The notes beneath the pieces are model-generated. The model was not told the DNA's origin and did no database searches. It was given only the letters and a program-made list of their open reading frames with translations. The position numbers and the translations under genes are program-made. A DNA stretch of 64,000 nt from Calditrichia bacterium. GTDB lineage: Bacteria > Calditrichota > Calditrichia > JAJRVZ01. The stretch covers positions 576,001 to 640,000 of the forward strand of contig CAWCNS010000004.1 of NCBI GenBank assembly GCA_963796965.1, in the 5' to 3' direction. Positions 11,267 to 23,900 of this stretch are shown piece after piece (within the stretch, counting starts at the first letter, position 1; each line of letters begins with the position of its first letter).

Positions 11267-13820
11267 ATGGTAAAATTTTTTCTTGGTATAATGTTTATTA
11301 CGGCTTTAAATGGACAGACACCTGAAATCCCAGATTATAACAATAACCAGGTGCCTATCGAAAAGCGGATCACTGATCTGCTTTCCCGGATGACATTAGA
11401 AGAAAAAGTCGATTTGGTGGGTGGAGCTGGTTTTAAAACCAAAAAGAATATCCGTCTAGGTATCCCTGAACTATTAATGAGTGATGGTCCGCTTGGGCCC
11501 AATGCCAAAGGACGGTCGACTAACTATTCGGCAACCATCAATATGGCAGCCACATTTGATACGGATTTGATGTATAAGATTGCTGAGAATATGGGAGAAG
11601 AGGTCCGTATCCTTGGTCGAAATATGTTTTTAGCACCGATGATTAATATCGTACGCACGCCCTACGGAGGACGAACTTTCGAGTTTTTCGGTGAAGATCC
11701 CTACCTGGTTTCCCGTATGACGGTTGCTTATGTCAAAGGTGTTCAGAGCAAGAATGTGGCCACCTGTACGAAGGTTATCGCGGCAAATAATCAGGAATGG
11801 AACCGCTTCGATGTGGATGTTCGTGTAAGTGAAAGAGCTCTACGTGAGATATATCTACCCGCGATCAGGGCTGCCGTGCAGGAGGCAGATACCTGGACAA
11901 TCATGGCTGCTTACAACCAGGTCAATGGTGATTATGCTTGTGAGAGCAAGCATTTATTGAATGATATTCTCAAAGAGGAATGGGGATTTAAAGGTGCGGT
12001 TGTCTCCGACTGGGGGGGTGCCCGTTCGACAATAAAGATGGCTTATTCAGGTCTCGATCTGGAAATGCCCACCGGTGACTGGTATGGTGATAAACTTCTG
12101 GCGGCCATAAAAAATGGTGATGTTGAAGAATCTATTCTCGATGACAAAGTGAAGAGAATCTTATGGGTGATGTATAAAACAAATTTGTTTGATGAATCAG
12201 TTGCAGATTATGGTGGTCATTCAGATACACCTGAGAGACGGGATCTGGCCCTTAAAACAGCGCAAAAAAGCATTGTTCTTCTAAAAAATGAAAATAATTT
12301 TTTACCTTTCGATCCGGTAAAGATTAAATCCATCGCCGTGATTGGTCCAAATGGTGATGTGGCCCGGATGAAAGGCGCGGGCAGTGGGGCATTAAATGGA
12401 AATTATAGTATTTCACCTCTTCAGGGCATCAACGAAAAAGTCGGCAGCACAGTTGATGTCAGGTTTAAACGGGGATTTCCGGAAGAAAGAATTGATCTGC
12501 CTATCGTCCCGGCTGATTACTTTACCCTGGATGACGGTAGTCCCGGCATACAGGCAGAATATTATAATAACAGAGATCTGAAGGGTGAACCCGTACTCAG
12601 GCGCGTTGAAAAGGATATCAATAATGACTGGGGATATGGGGGAGAACGTGATCCCGGAAATCCGGGCAGTCCGCAGCCGGGTGTCGTAAATTTAGACAAA
12701 TGGTCAGCCCGGTGGACAGGTAAATTAAAATCACCCGGTGATGGCTGGTACGAAATCGGTCTTCAGTCAGATAATGGCGTACGCTTGTATCTGGATGGTA
12801 AGAAAGTGCTTGATTACTGGATCGATTCCAAACCCGGTGATTTTAAAATGATCCGCTATAAATTTGTCGCAAACAGGCTCTACGATATAGAGGTTGAATT
12901 TTATGAAAATATCGGTAGTCTGTGTCTGTAAGTTGGGCATGGAAAAATATGAAACGGGTGGCATGCTGGAAGAAGCTGTCCAATTGGCCAAAGAGTCCGA
13001 TGTGGTTGTTTTGTGTATGGGGTTGAGCGAATTGTATGAAGGGGAAGCGATTGATCGGGATGATTTAGCATTACCTGAAGACCAACTTAAATTGATTGAC
13101 GAAGTGCTGGATATAAACAAGAATACATTGATCGTTCTTAACAACGCTACCCCGGTTTTAATGAATACCTGGATTGACCGCGTTCCGGCAATTATTGAAG
13201 CCTTTTATCCGGGTCAGGAAGGAGGGCATGCTCTGGCGGATATTATTTTCGGTGATATTAATCCTTCAGGGAAGTTGCCAATCACATTTCCCAAACGTTG
13301 GGAAGATTCACCCGTTTACGAAACTTATCCGGGTAAAAAAGAAATTGCGGAGTATAAAGAAGGCATTTTTGTCGGCTATCGCCATTTTGACAAAAATGAT
13401 ATTGAGCCGCTTTTTCCATTCGGTTTTGGTCTTTCTTATACGACTTATGACTATCAAGACCTCACTTTAAGTGCATCAGAAATATCAGCCACAGATACAG
13501 TGACAATAAATCTAACAGTCAAAAATACGGGCCCGAGAGCCGGTGATGAGATCGTCCAACTTTATCTTCGTGATGTGGAAGCAAGTGTGGAAAGAGAAGT
13601 GAAATCTTTGAAAGGTTTTACACGACTTAGTTTGCAACCAGGTGAGAGTAAGAGAGCAACGTTTGCATTGGATCAAAGCCATCTCTCCTTCTATGATGAA
13701 AAAAAACAGAAATGGGTTGCTGAGGATGGTGAATTTGAAGTTTTGGTAGGAAGTTCATCCAGAGATATTCGTTTAAGTGGAAAATTTCAACTGAATAAAA
13801 AACCGGCAAGGTCACAATAA
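11267..13820 (+). CDS. GH3 beta-glucosidase/xylosidase with PA14 insertion and C-terminal Fn3-like domain; frameshift near 12920
   Basis: GRTFEFFGEDP, VVSDWG (nucleophile), SIVLLKN, PA14-type SARWTG/SDNGVRLYLDG, FPFGFGLSYT. Confidence 0.95.
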
Positions 13821-13894
13821 TTTTAGATTAGTTGCGGAAAATTTTAATTATGTACGGCTTTATCATTGGTACGGTATTTGTACCCAAGAAAACT

Positions 13895-14492
13895 ATGAAT
13901 GACAGAGTGGATAGATTCCAGCAAAAATACCGAATACCATCAGCCCGTGCATCCTGCTGGAATTATGCTAACGCTGGTCTATATTTTATTACAATCTGTA
14001 CAGTTAGACGCGAACAATTGTTTGGAAAAATAAAAAACCGGAAAATGTATTTATCACCCATCGGAGAAATCGTACAACAGGAATGGGATAGATCATTTGA
14101 AATTCGCACAGAATTATTTCATGACGCGTTTGTCATTATGCCCAACCATATTCACGCCATTTTACGGATTGAAAACGGGTTGACGGCCCGTAGACGCACG
14201 GCCGTGCGTCTTACAGGGCCGTGCGTCTCTACAATCATCCATACAACCACCATCCAAAATTATAAATTATGGCGTTGCGTTTCGTCCGCCCAAATCCATA
14301 TCATCATTCGTTGCCGGTTTTAAATCCGTTGCGACAAAACGAATAAATGAATTCCGGAACACCCCCAAAACATCGGTCTGGCAAACCCGTTTTCATGACC
14401 ATATCATCCGAAAGGAGATTGAATATCAAAAAATCTGTAATTACATTAAAAATAATCCAGGCAACTGGGATGAGGATCAATTATTAAAATAG
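13895..14492 (+). mobile_element. REP-associated tyrosine transposase (RAYT, Y1 HUH family); one frameshift near 14185
   Basis: YFITICT, VIMPNHIHAI (HUH). The +1 frame continues SISSFVAGFKS...WQTRFHDHIIR...YIKNNPGNW to TAG 14490-14492, which includes the catalytic Tyr. Confidence 0.9.
14190..14232. repeat. GTAG-type REP palindrome inside the RAYT coding region
   Basis: gt+agacgcacggccgtgcgtct (perfect 20-bp palindrome at 14192-14211), followed by the half copy ggccgtgcgtctctac. Confidence 0.85.
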
Positions 14493-14505
14493 AGAATAAT
14501 TCTGA

Positions 14506-16332
14506 ATGAGAGGATATCATATGAATTTCAAAATTCTTCATGTTTTCATCTTTATGATAATTTTTCTGTGTTTATTTTTGAGTCACAGTTTAATTGCACA
14601 AAATGCAGATTTTATACAAAAAAAGTCTCCTATTCGTATAACTTTAGCAAAGCCAAATTTTGCGACCTTAACAAACAAACTACATAATGGAAATAGAATA
14701 GGCTATCGTTTTCATGAACATGAACCGATATCCTATGGAAACGTACCATTGTCAAATATAGATGCCATTATCGATGTCGAGAAAATTGCTAAAATAGAGA
14801 ATGCATTTAAAAATTCGGAAGCTGTTTTTATCTACAAACATGAAATAGAAAAAAACAAATCCTGGGCCAAACAGGATTGGACCTATTATATGAAACCTGT
14901 TCACGATGGTATTGAGATTGTATGGATCATAGACACGTATAATGAAGGATTACCTGAGTATTATGGTGTGCAGCAGTGTTTTCGTATGAGTGGGGAGACA
15001 AACGCGGAATGGCGCAAGGAAATAGCCCGTACACCTGCTTTTAGCGAATATGATCTGTGGAATAACGAGGAGATCAAATCGCAAAAGAAAAGTCTTACCT
15101 ATGTTCTGCGTGATAGTGATTGGCAGGTAATACCGGCCGATGAGAAAACGATGGGGGCGAGAACGCCACAGGGCCTGGCAATTGATTATTTACGGACCAA
15201 CGATAATCCTATGTCAGAAGTTGGCCCCTATAAAGCGACGATGCTGGATCCCGCCGATAATGGGTTAATCACCCGCACCAATCTAGCAGGATCGTGGGTA
15301 TGCGGTATTTATTGGCAAAACACCTCTCATGTAACGAACCATCATCCTGCTGATTGTCTTCACTCTATTGTAAACATAGGAAATATTCCTCCCTTCTCAA
15401 AAAGAGCGATAGTTGGCAAAATATATTGGTTTGAAGGGAACAAGGATAGTCTTTACAATCATTACAAAAAGGATTTTCTTGAGGAAACCATTAAGAATAA
15501 GTTGGTTATTGCATCATGCCAGTTTCCGGTTACCGGGGATATCGTATTAAATGCAAATTGGATTCTGAATCAGATGAGGATAGCAAAAATTCGTGGTGCT
15601 GATTTAGTGCATTTCCCGGAATGTGCCTTATCCGGCTATGGTGGAGCTGACGTCACGGATTTTGATACATATGATTGGGATATATTAAAAATCAAAACAG
15701 AATCTATTTTGGCGTTGGCAAAGGAATTAAAACTATGGGTCATTCTGGGCAGCTCTCATAAATTAAGTGATGGTCATAAACCTCATAATTCATTGTACCT
15801 CATAAATCCGGAAGGTAAGATTATCGATCGGTATGATAAACGGTTTTGTACAAAGGGCGACTTAAAATATTATACACCCGGTGATCATTTTGTGGAATTT
15901 GAAGTAAATAAGGTGAAATGCGGATTGTTAATCTGTTATGATATTCGATTTCCGGAGCTTTATCGGAAATATTGTAAATTAGGCGTGGATGTTATTTTTC
16001 AATCATTTTACAATGCCCGTCATAAAGAAAACTGCATCCATCCCAAAATAATGCCGGTTACAGCTCAGGCGAGAGCTGCCTCAAATTCTTTTTATATATC
16101 ATTAACAAATTCATCTGCTCCTTACAGTTGGCCATGTTATTTTATAACACCGGATGGACTAATTGTAAATAAATTGCCGGCGAATCATGCTGGCATTTTA
16201 ATCTCCCAAATAGATCTTTCGAAAAAATACAATGATGCCAGTAAACCGTTCAGATTGGATGCCATTAATGGCAAATTAAACAGTGGTGATGTTATAAACG
16301 ACTCACGATCGCTTGATCGAAAAAGTTATTAA
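14506..16332 (+). CDS. Secreted fusion of an unknown N-terminal domain and a carbon-nitrogen hydrolase (nitrilase superfamily) domain
   Basis: Signal peptide. The C-terminal ~280 aa carry the E-K-C triad contexts HFPE, RYDK and LICYD. Confidence 0.85.
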   Translation: MRGYHMNFKILHVFIFMIIFLCLFLSHSLIAQNADFIQKKSPIRITLAKPNFATLTNKLHNGNRIGYRFHEHEPISYGNVPLSNIDAIIDVEKIAKIENAFKNSEAVFIYKHEIEKNKSWAKQDWTYYMKPVHDGIEIVWIIDTYNEGLPEYYGVQQCFRMSGETNAEWRKEIARTPAFSEYDLWNNEEIKSQKKSLTYVLRDSDWQVIPADEKTMGARTPQGLAIDYLRTNDNPMSEVGPYKATMLDPADNGLITRTNLAGSWVCGIYWQNTSHVTNHHPADCLHSIVNIGNIPPFSKRAIVGKIYWFEGNKDSLYNHYKKDFLEETIKNKLVIASCQFPVTGDIVLNANWILNQMRIAKIRGADLVHFPECALSGYGGADVTDFDTYDWDILKIKTESILALAKELKLWVILGSSHKLSDGHKPHNSLYLINPEGKIIDRYDKRFCTKGDLKYYTPGDHFVEFEVNKVKCGLLICYDIRFPELYRKYCKLGVDVIFQSFYNARHKENCIHPKIMPVTAQARAASNSFYISLTNSSAPYSWPCYFITPDGLIVNKLPANHAGILISQIDLSKKYNDASKPFRLDAINGKLNSGDVINDSRSLDRKSY

Positions 16333-16346
16333 TATAGAAAATTCAT

Positions 16347-16500
16347 CTCTCGCAGAGGCGCCAAGTCGCAAAGAAATAATAATTTATAAATCTTCAAGAG
16401 AAAGAGATTTAATAATATGTCAATACTCAAAAAGTGGACATAATTCATTTAAAATTAACCTATGTGTTGCCCCCCTCTGACAGTGGTAGGTCTTTGTGAG
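16347..16500. repeat. Degenerate family A element
   Basis: Left arm ctctcgcagaggcgccaag matches the reverse complement of 48632-48650 at 18/19 nt. The right arm is decayed (...gtctttgtgag). Confidence 0.6.
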
Positions 16501-16639
16501 CAATTAATTTTCCAGGGTAAGAGGTACTGTGTGATATAACAAAATTTCCATCTTTCATTATGATGATATTTTGTGTCGTTGATAGAGTTAAACTTTCCAG
16601 GCAATATAATCTGATCTTAATTTAAGAAGGGATTTTACT

Positions 16640-17617
16640 ATGAAATTCAACCATTTGGTTTTTTCCTCATTTCTGATAATTTTTTTTGTTTTATCCTGTA
16701 CTGAAACACCATCAAAAAAGGAAAAAGAACGACCGCTTATCAAAAAAGTGGGTACGATCGATTGTGATCTGGTCGAAACCACACCTGTTGTGTTTAAGGG
16801 CAAATTATACCGCTTCGAATATGTACGTGAGAAATACAAACCCAATCAATCGGGAGACGCTTATCTACGGTTTATTGATCATGAAACAGGGCAACCAACA
16901 CCCGCCTTTGGCCATGGCTATCATTTGGGCAGTGCATTTGTTGACGGGGACATGGTTTATGTAACAGCAGTAGATATATGGAATGGGGAACGTGTCCAGA
17001 TGTTTGCTTCAAACGATATGAAAAACTGGAATGAATGGACGGTACTAAAACTTCCGGGTTATGGTATCTTCAATACTTCTATGTGTAAGGCCGATGACCG
17101 CTATGTTCTGATGTATGAATTGGGTAAGCCAAAGGATGAGGTGGGAGAAAGGTTTACAGCCCGTTTTGCCATTTCAAAAGATCTTCGACAATGGGATATT
17201 ACACCAATTGAATGTAATTATGCCAAAGACCGCTATACGGCTCCCCATTGTCTTCGTTATCTTGATGGATATTTCTATAATTTTTACCTGGAGGCGCTGA
17301 AACGTAATGAGATAAATCACTATGAAACCTATGTGGTTCGGTCAAAGGATTTGATTGCCTGGGAACCTAGCCCGCTAAACCCGGTGCTTAAGGCTTCTGA
17401 AGATGATAAGATCATTGCCAATTCCAAATTGAGTGAAAGCCAGAGAAGAGAAATCTCTTCTGCTGTCAACATAAATAATTCGGATATTGATTTTTGCGAA
17501 TTTAAGGGCAAAGTGATCATTAATTATTCCTGGGGTAATCAACGTGGTCTTGAATTCCTTGCTGAGGCCGTATATGAGGGCTCAGAAGAAGAGTTTATAC
17601 GTGGGTGGTTTCCATAA
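16640..17617 (+). CDS. Lipoprotein, probable five-bladed beta-propeller glycosidase-like protein
   Basis: Lipobox VLSC; ETTPVVF; repeated SxD(L/M)xxW blades; NNSDIDFCE. Confidence 0.6.
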   Translation: MKFNHLVFSSFLIIFFVLSCTETPSKKEKERPLIKKVGTIDCDLVETTPVVFKGKLYRFEYVREKYKPNQSGDAYLRFIDHETGQPTPAFGHGYHLGSAFVDGDMVYVTAVDIWNGERVQMFASNDMKNWNEWTVLKLPGYGIFNTSMCKADDRYVLMYELGKPKDEVGERFTARFAISKDLRQWDITPIECNYAKDRYTAPHCLRYLDGYFYNFYLEALKRNEINHYETYVVRSKDLIAWEPSPLNPVLKASEDDKIIANSKLSESQRREISSAVNINNSDIDFCEFKGKVIINYSWGNQRGLEFLAEAVYEGSEEEFIRGWFP

Positions 17618-17618
17618 A

Positions 17619-17781
17619 TTCAATTATCAATAACCAAGTATTTAGATTGATTGTGACGTGTGATAAATGAATAGTGAATAGTTATTTAACATAGAGTTCA
17701 CTGAGAACGCAGAGAAATAATTAGCCTAGCGCATGGAGCATAGCGGATAAAGAGTGTATGGCCATGCGCTAGGCGCTATGC
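17619..17781. repeat. Heptamer arrays, a nonamer arm and a heptamer-based inverted repeat
   Basis: tgataaa tgaatag tgaatag; catagagttcactgagaacgcagag; perfect 13-bp IR gcctagcgcatgg (17724-17736) / ccatgcgctaggc (17762-17774). Confidence 0.75.
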
Positions 17782-17821
17782 ATGTGTTTTTGCAAAGAAT
17801 ATCATTTGTGGGGATAATGCA

Positions 17822-19042
17822 ATGAACGAAAGAGGCCAACCGAATATCGAACATCCAATGACGGGTACAGGACATCTGCCGGAAGATCAGGTAATAAAAT
17901 TACGGGAGCATTATCGCACATCATTATTTGATGACATTGTACCATGGTGGGAAAAGCATTCTTTAGATCCGGAATTCGGAGGTTACCTAACCCGGCTTGA
18001 GCGAGATGGTAAAGCATATTCTAATGATAAAGACATGTGGATGACCGGTCGCCAAATCTGGATGTTCAGTCATCTGTATAACAATCATGAGAACAAAGAG
18101 GATTGGAAGGACATTGCCAAACTCGGTATAGATTTTATTCTTAAGCATGCATTTACGCCCGAAGGTAAGATGCATTTTCGCCTCAACAGGAAGGGCGGTC
18201 CACTTTCGAGTGTTTTAAGTCTTTATACCGAAGTGTTCACGGCCATCGCAATTGCTGAATATTGCCGTATTGAGTCAAATCCTTCTCTAAAAGAAAAGGC
18301 AATATCGATGTATGATCGCTTAATGATGCGATTGGGCCAACCAACCGATACACCAATGCTTGGATATCCCCTTAATGCTAAATTCCACTTGCACGCCCAC
18401 GACATGTGCCGGATCACAGTGGCATGGGTATATAATCAGATATGGCCTGAGCAACGGTTTGAAGATGATTTAAACCTTTCATGTGACTCCATCCTCCAAA
18501 AACACTGGAAACCGGACCGTGGTGTGCTTCTTGAAAATGTAGCCCCTGATGGTTCACCGATGCTTGATTTTCCTGAAGGAAGAATGTTTCATCCGGGCCA
18601 CGCCATTGAGAGTGCCTGGATGTTGATGGAAATAGTGAAGAAAAATAACAACCAAAAAATGTTTGATACAGCAATCGATATTGTTCTTGCATCATTGGAA
18701 TTTGGATGGGATACTGAGTATGGCGGACTCAGATATATAATGAATATTGATAAGACGCCCTGTCATAATCTTGAAGCAGATCTTAAACTTTGGTGGCCCC
18801 ATGGTGAAACGCTTTATGCCCTTCTTCTTGCCTGGGCATATAGTGGACGTGCAGATATTCGTGGTTGGTATGAAAAAGTTCATGATTATACATTTACTAA
18901 TTTCCCTGATCCTGAATTTGGTGAATGGTTTGGTTATCTGAATAGAGATGGCAGCCCCGTATGGACAGCAAAGGCTAATGGTTGGAAGGGTTTCTTTCAT
19001 CTTCCACGTACATTGTATCGCTGTTATCAATTGCTGGCCTGA
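17822..19042 (+). CDS. N-acylglucosamine 2-epimerase (AGE family)
   Basis: DKDMWMTGRQIW, PGHAIESAW, KLWWPHGE, EWFGYLNRDG, KGFFHLPR. Confidence 0.92.
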   Translation: MNERGQPNIEHPMTGTGHLPEDQVIKLREHYRTSLFDDIVPWWEKHSLDPEFGGYLTRLERDGKAYSNDKDMWMTGRQIWMFSHLYNNHENKEDWKDIAKLGIDFILKHAFTPEGKMHFRLNRKGGPLSSVLSLYTEVFTAIAIAEYCRIESNPSLKEKAISMYDRLMMRLGQPTDTPMLGYPLNAKFHLHAHDMCRITVAWVYNQIWPEQRFEDDLNLSCDSILQKHWKPDRGVLLENVAPDGSPMLDFPEGRMFHPGHAIESAWMLMEIVKKNNNQKMFDTAIDIVLASLEFGWDTEYGGLRYIMNIDKTPCHNLEADLKLWWPHGETLYALLLAWAYSGRADIRGWYEKVHDYTFTNFPDPEFGEWFGYLNRDGSPVWTAKANGWKGFFHLPRTLYRCYQLLA

Positions 19043-19078
19043 TCTATAGATATGTGGAAGACAATCAAAAAAATGAGC

Positions 19079-19191
19079 CCACGAATTACACAAATTTCCA
19101 CAAATTAAAAGATATATAAATTAAATCCGTGAAAATCGGTGCTATCCGCGTCATCCGCGTTCTATAAAATTCTTAGTGCCTTTGCGCGAGA
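19079..19191. repeat. Family B nonamer element plus a family A right arm
   Basis: ccacgaattacacaaatttccacaaatt ... aatccgtgaaaatcggtgctatccgcgtcatccgcg; cttagtgcctttgcgcgaga. Confidence 0.75.
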
Positions 19192-19225
19192 TTTTTTTAA
19201 ATTTTTACTACCTGAGAGGAATTTA

Positions 19226-20663
19226 GTGGAAATATCAAATTCAATTGAGATAAAATCATATCCTGAGAATCAGTCCGGCGAGGTTAAAAGTTATTTTTTA
19301 TTCCTGGTCTGTTTTGTGGCATCGCTGGGTGGTGTACTTTTCGGATTTGATACTGCTGTTATTTCAGGTACATTCAAGTTAGTGGAGATACAATTTACGC
19401 TCAGTAAATTGCAGGTAGGCTGGTTTGGAAGTTCTGCCCTCGTCGGAGCGATTTTGGGTGCTCTGATTGCTGGAACTCTTAGCGATCGATTTGGTCGCAA
19501 ACCGATTTTAATCCTGGCCGCCTGGTTGTTTTTCGTTTCTGCTCTTGGATCGTCAGTCCCACCAACATTTACTATTCTTATCGCCGCCCGGCTTCTGGGA
19601 GGCATCGGCGTGGGTATGGCCTCTGTTTTAGCACCCCTATACATTTCTGAATTCTCTCCACCCAACCTTCGCGGTCGATTAGTGGCATTATATCAATTAT
19701 CAATCGTTATCGGAATCCTGCTTGCTTATTTCTCTAATTGGTCCTTATCGAATTACTCCCAAATAAATCCTGCGCTTGATAGCACCGGATTTTTTAATTT
19801 GATCTTAGTCTCTGAGGTATGGAGAGCAATGTTTGGCGCGGAGATGATCCCAGCCAGTCTTTTTATTATCCTATTGTTTTTTGTTCCAGAAAGCCCCCGT
19901 TGGTTAATTAATTCTGGCAAGGAAAAAGAGGGATATCAGATTTTAAATCGAATTAGCGATGGAGATACGGCAAAGAGGCAACTGATCGAAATAAAAGATG
20001 CACTTAATCAGGAAGAAGGAAATATCCGCGAATTATTTAAACCAGGTTTACGATTAGCCCTGATCGTTGGGATCGGCTTATCATTTTTTGGACAGTTGAC
20101 CGGTGTCAATATTATTGTCTACTATGGCCCAACGATTCTTGAGAATGCAGGATATAAATTAGGAAGTTCTTTGCAATACCAGGTGGCGATCGGAGTCATT
20201 AATCTAATTTTCACCCTTATTGCGCTATGGAAAATCGACAAATGGGGGCGGCGGCCATTGTTGATTGGTGGTATGGGGACTGTTTTTATTTCTTTATTAA
20301 TCATTGCTATTCAATTTAGTCTCGGATCCGCATCCGGAATTTGGATTGTCATCATGTTATGTGTGTATATGGCCTGTCTTGCTCTTTCAATAAATGCCGT
20401 AATCTGGGTCTTGACGGGTGAGATATTCCCCAATCGAATCCGTGGACGTGCTATATCCATTGTAACCTTTTTTAATTGGGGTACCAATTTTATAACTGCT
20501 TTTCTATTTCCCTGGTATGTTGCACAAATTGGTATGAATATGGGATTTTTTACCTTTGCTGCTACAACCCTGATTGCAACACTCTTTTTTTTCAAATTTG
20601 TTCCTGAAACCAAAGGTAAAACCTTGGAAGAAGATTGAGAAATATTGGAAAAATAGAGGATAA
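19226..20663 (+). CDS. MFS sugar porter (XylE/AraE-like); frameshift in the last codons
   Basis: GTG start after gagga; GGVLFGFDTAVISG, DRFGRK, PESPRWL, PETKGKTLEE. The shifted frame ends IEKYWKNRG-stop at 20663. Confidence 0.93.
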
Positions 20664-20767
20664 GGTTAAAAATGTAAAACCTTCATGAAGGTAATCAACA
20701 ACCGGTTTCCAACATCTTTATTATAATATACGGGTAATAAACGTTGTAATTTTAACCAAAATTTTAT

Positions 20768-20848
20768 TGTCATCCCGGAAGAATCGTTCTCAAATGTGTT
20801 GACTATTTGCTACACGGTGGAAGATCCTGAAACAAGTTCAGGATGACA
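20768..20848. repeat. Family D REP doublet with a truncated left copy
   Basis: tgtcatccc ... agatcctgaaacaagttcaggatgaca (20822-20848). Confidence 0.8.
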
Positions 20849-20920
20849 GTATGGAGAACTACATTATGGATGTTTACAGCAAAAGACATTGCATGAACTA
20901 GGAGAATAAGGCATTATTAA

Positions 20921-23900
20921 ATGAGAAAGTTAGGAAAATTCCCGGTAATCTATTGACATATCATGGTTACTTTAATCCTTTCTGATACCTGTCTTTGCTG
21001 AAAGTCCACCAATATCTTCGAGCCTGACTCTAATTCCACCATCTCCGGTAAGCGATAAAATTAATCTCTCTGTTCGTGGTGCTGTCAAAAATAAAAGCAG
21101 TTCTTCCATTACTGTCGAAGCAAAATTCTATCTTGATGAAAAAACGGAGTCTTCATTATTATATCAGGAAAAAATAGAAATAGCGGCAAATACAGCCCAG
21201 GGGCTCTATTTTGATTGGCCGACAACAAGTCATGTGGGGGAGCATCAGATTATTTTATCTGTTGAGTCCAAAGATGGTAATAAATCAATGGTACAACCTT
21301 TGACAATATACCAGAGTGACCAACGATCTACAGCAATGATAAACGGTGCCTGGAGTGGCTTTTATATGTGGGGCAATGAAGGTATGCTGTGGATGGAGGA
21401 GTTGGTCAAAATGACCGATACGCAATGGCGTGAAATGTTGCGTGCAATGAATGAAATTGGTATGAATATCATTGTCATCCAGGAGGTGTTTAGAAACCAG
21501 GAATATGTTGATGCACATGACATGGAAAAAGAAGGATATAAAGGTAAAGCTTTTTATCCATCGGAATTATTTCCGGGAAGAATGAATATTACCTCGAAAG
21601 ATCCTTTGGAAGCAGTCCTGTCCGCTGCCGATGACTATGGCATGCATGTATTTGTCCCAGTTGGTATCTATGCCTGGTTTGACTATTCAGAAGGCTCCTT
21701 GCTTTGGCATAAGAAAGTTGCCTCAGAATTATGGGAAAGGTATGGCCATCATCCCTCATTCTATGGTTGGTATATTTCAGAAGAAATTCATGGTTGGCTT
21801 TCACCGGAGAAGGATGATAAAGCAATCCAAATGAGACATCATGAAGAAATTGTACACTTTTTCAAAGAGTTTCGAACCCATGTCCGTGTTTTGGCACCAG
21901 ATAAACCAGTAATGCTTGCTTCGAACAGTCATTATGTTGATAAGGCATTAGATATCTATCCGAAACTATTAGAACACCTGGATATTTTATGCCCTTTCGG
22001 ATTTCATCGCCCTCCGGATGATGATATGGTTGGTGAGGAAGCGGCCGCTATACTGCAAAAATTATGCGATGATGCCGGCACACATTTCTGGATGGATTTG
22101 GAAACATTCCTTTTTGGTGAACATGGGGAGCTCTATCCACGCCCTGTTGACGGCTTGATCAGCGATCTGACCCGTTTCCCGAATTTTGAGAAAATACTCT
22201 GTTTCCAGTTCTCCGGTCTTATGAATGCTCCCTGGATGTCCCGCAAACCCGGTGGCGAGGCTACAGTAAAATTATATCGGGATTATAAACAGTATTATGA
22301 CAATATAAAGGTGCATTATGAACGTAATCAAATGGTTTCTCAGACCGATATTCCCGTCTATAAAAATCCGGCCTTGCCGACTGAAATGAGAGTAAATGAT
22401 CTGCTCTCTCGTATGACTCTTTCCGAAAAAGTTGATCTGGTAAGTGGAGAAGGCTTTATGACTAAAGGAAATATCCGGCTGGGATTACCGCGAATTGTTA
22501 TGACCGATGGTCCCCTTGGTCCTAATGGCAAGGGAAGGGCAACAAACTATTCAGCAAGTATTAATATGGCCGCGACCTGGGATACACTATTGATAAATAG
22601 GGTTGGCGTCTCAATGGGTCAGGAAACAAGGGCCTTGGGTTATAATATGCTGCTCGGTCCTTGTGTGAATATTGCACGGGTTCCTCACGGTGGTAGAACA
22701 TTTGAGAGTTTTGGCGAAGATCCATATCTCATGTCTCGTATGGCGGTTGCCTATATAAAAGGTGTCCAGAGTCAACGTGTCATTTCTTGTGTAAAACACT
22801 TTGCCGTAAATAATCAGGAATGGAATCGTGGCGTCGTAGATGTGACTGTCGATGAGCGTACATTGCGGGAGATTTATTTTCCGGCATTTAAGGCTGCCGT
22901 ACAGGAGGCGGGCGTATGGTCGGTAATGAGTGCCTATAATAAATTCCGTGGAGATTATTGTGGCTCCAGTAAATACTTATTAACTGATATTTTGAAGGAT
23001 GAATGGGGATTTTCTGGCTTTGTTGTATCCGATTGGGGCGGTATCCATAATACCCTCAAAACAGCCCATGCTGGTCTCGATCTGGAAATGCCTGACGGCC
23101 AGTACCTTGGTGAGGACCTGACCAATGCTCTTGATAGCGGACAGGTCTCCGAGAAAAATGTAGATAATATGGTGCGCCGCCTGACACATGCCATGTTCGA
23201 AACAGGATTGTATGATGAGACGGTTGCAACCTATGGTGGATTGTCTGATACAGAAGAACGTCGAGAGTTGGCTCTGGAAGTGGCAAGGAAAAGCATTGTA
23301 CTGCTGAAAAATGAAAAAAAATTATTACCATTAGATAAAAATAAAGTCAAGTCAATCGCTGTCCTTGGTCCAAATGCAGAGGAAGCACGCATGTTTGGCG
23401 GAGGCAGCGGCTACCTGAATGCGCACTATTCGATACCGCCCCTGAGGGGTATAAAAGAAAAACTCGGAGATAACGTTCAAGTAAAATTTGTAAAAGGAGG
23501 AAGGTTAAAACGACTTTCCCTACCAGCAATAGATTCAAATTTTCTCATCCCATCAGGTGGAGAGAAAGGTGATCATGGTTTACTCGGTGAATATTTCAAT
23601 AACCGTGAACTGGAGGGTGAACCGGTATTAACAAGAATTGACGAACAGGTGGATTTTAGTTGGGATGAGGCTTCTCCCGCTCCTGGTGTCGTCAATCAGG
23701 ATCTTTTTTCTGCCAGATGGACAGGTACTTTCATTTCACCGGGGAGCGGTATCTATGAATTAGGGGTCATGAGCGATAATGGCTGCCGGCTGTATCTGGA
23801 TGAAAAGCTTGCCATTGATTCCTGGATTGTTGATAAGGCCAGTTCATTAAGATCCCTCTATGTAGAACTTGAAGAAAACCGGCACTATGCTATACGTGTG

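Noticed and set aside
13832..14492. IS200/IS605 insertion sequence with tnpB
   Set aside because: No tnpB and no terminal hairpins were seen; the motifs fit a RAYT instead.
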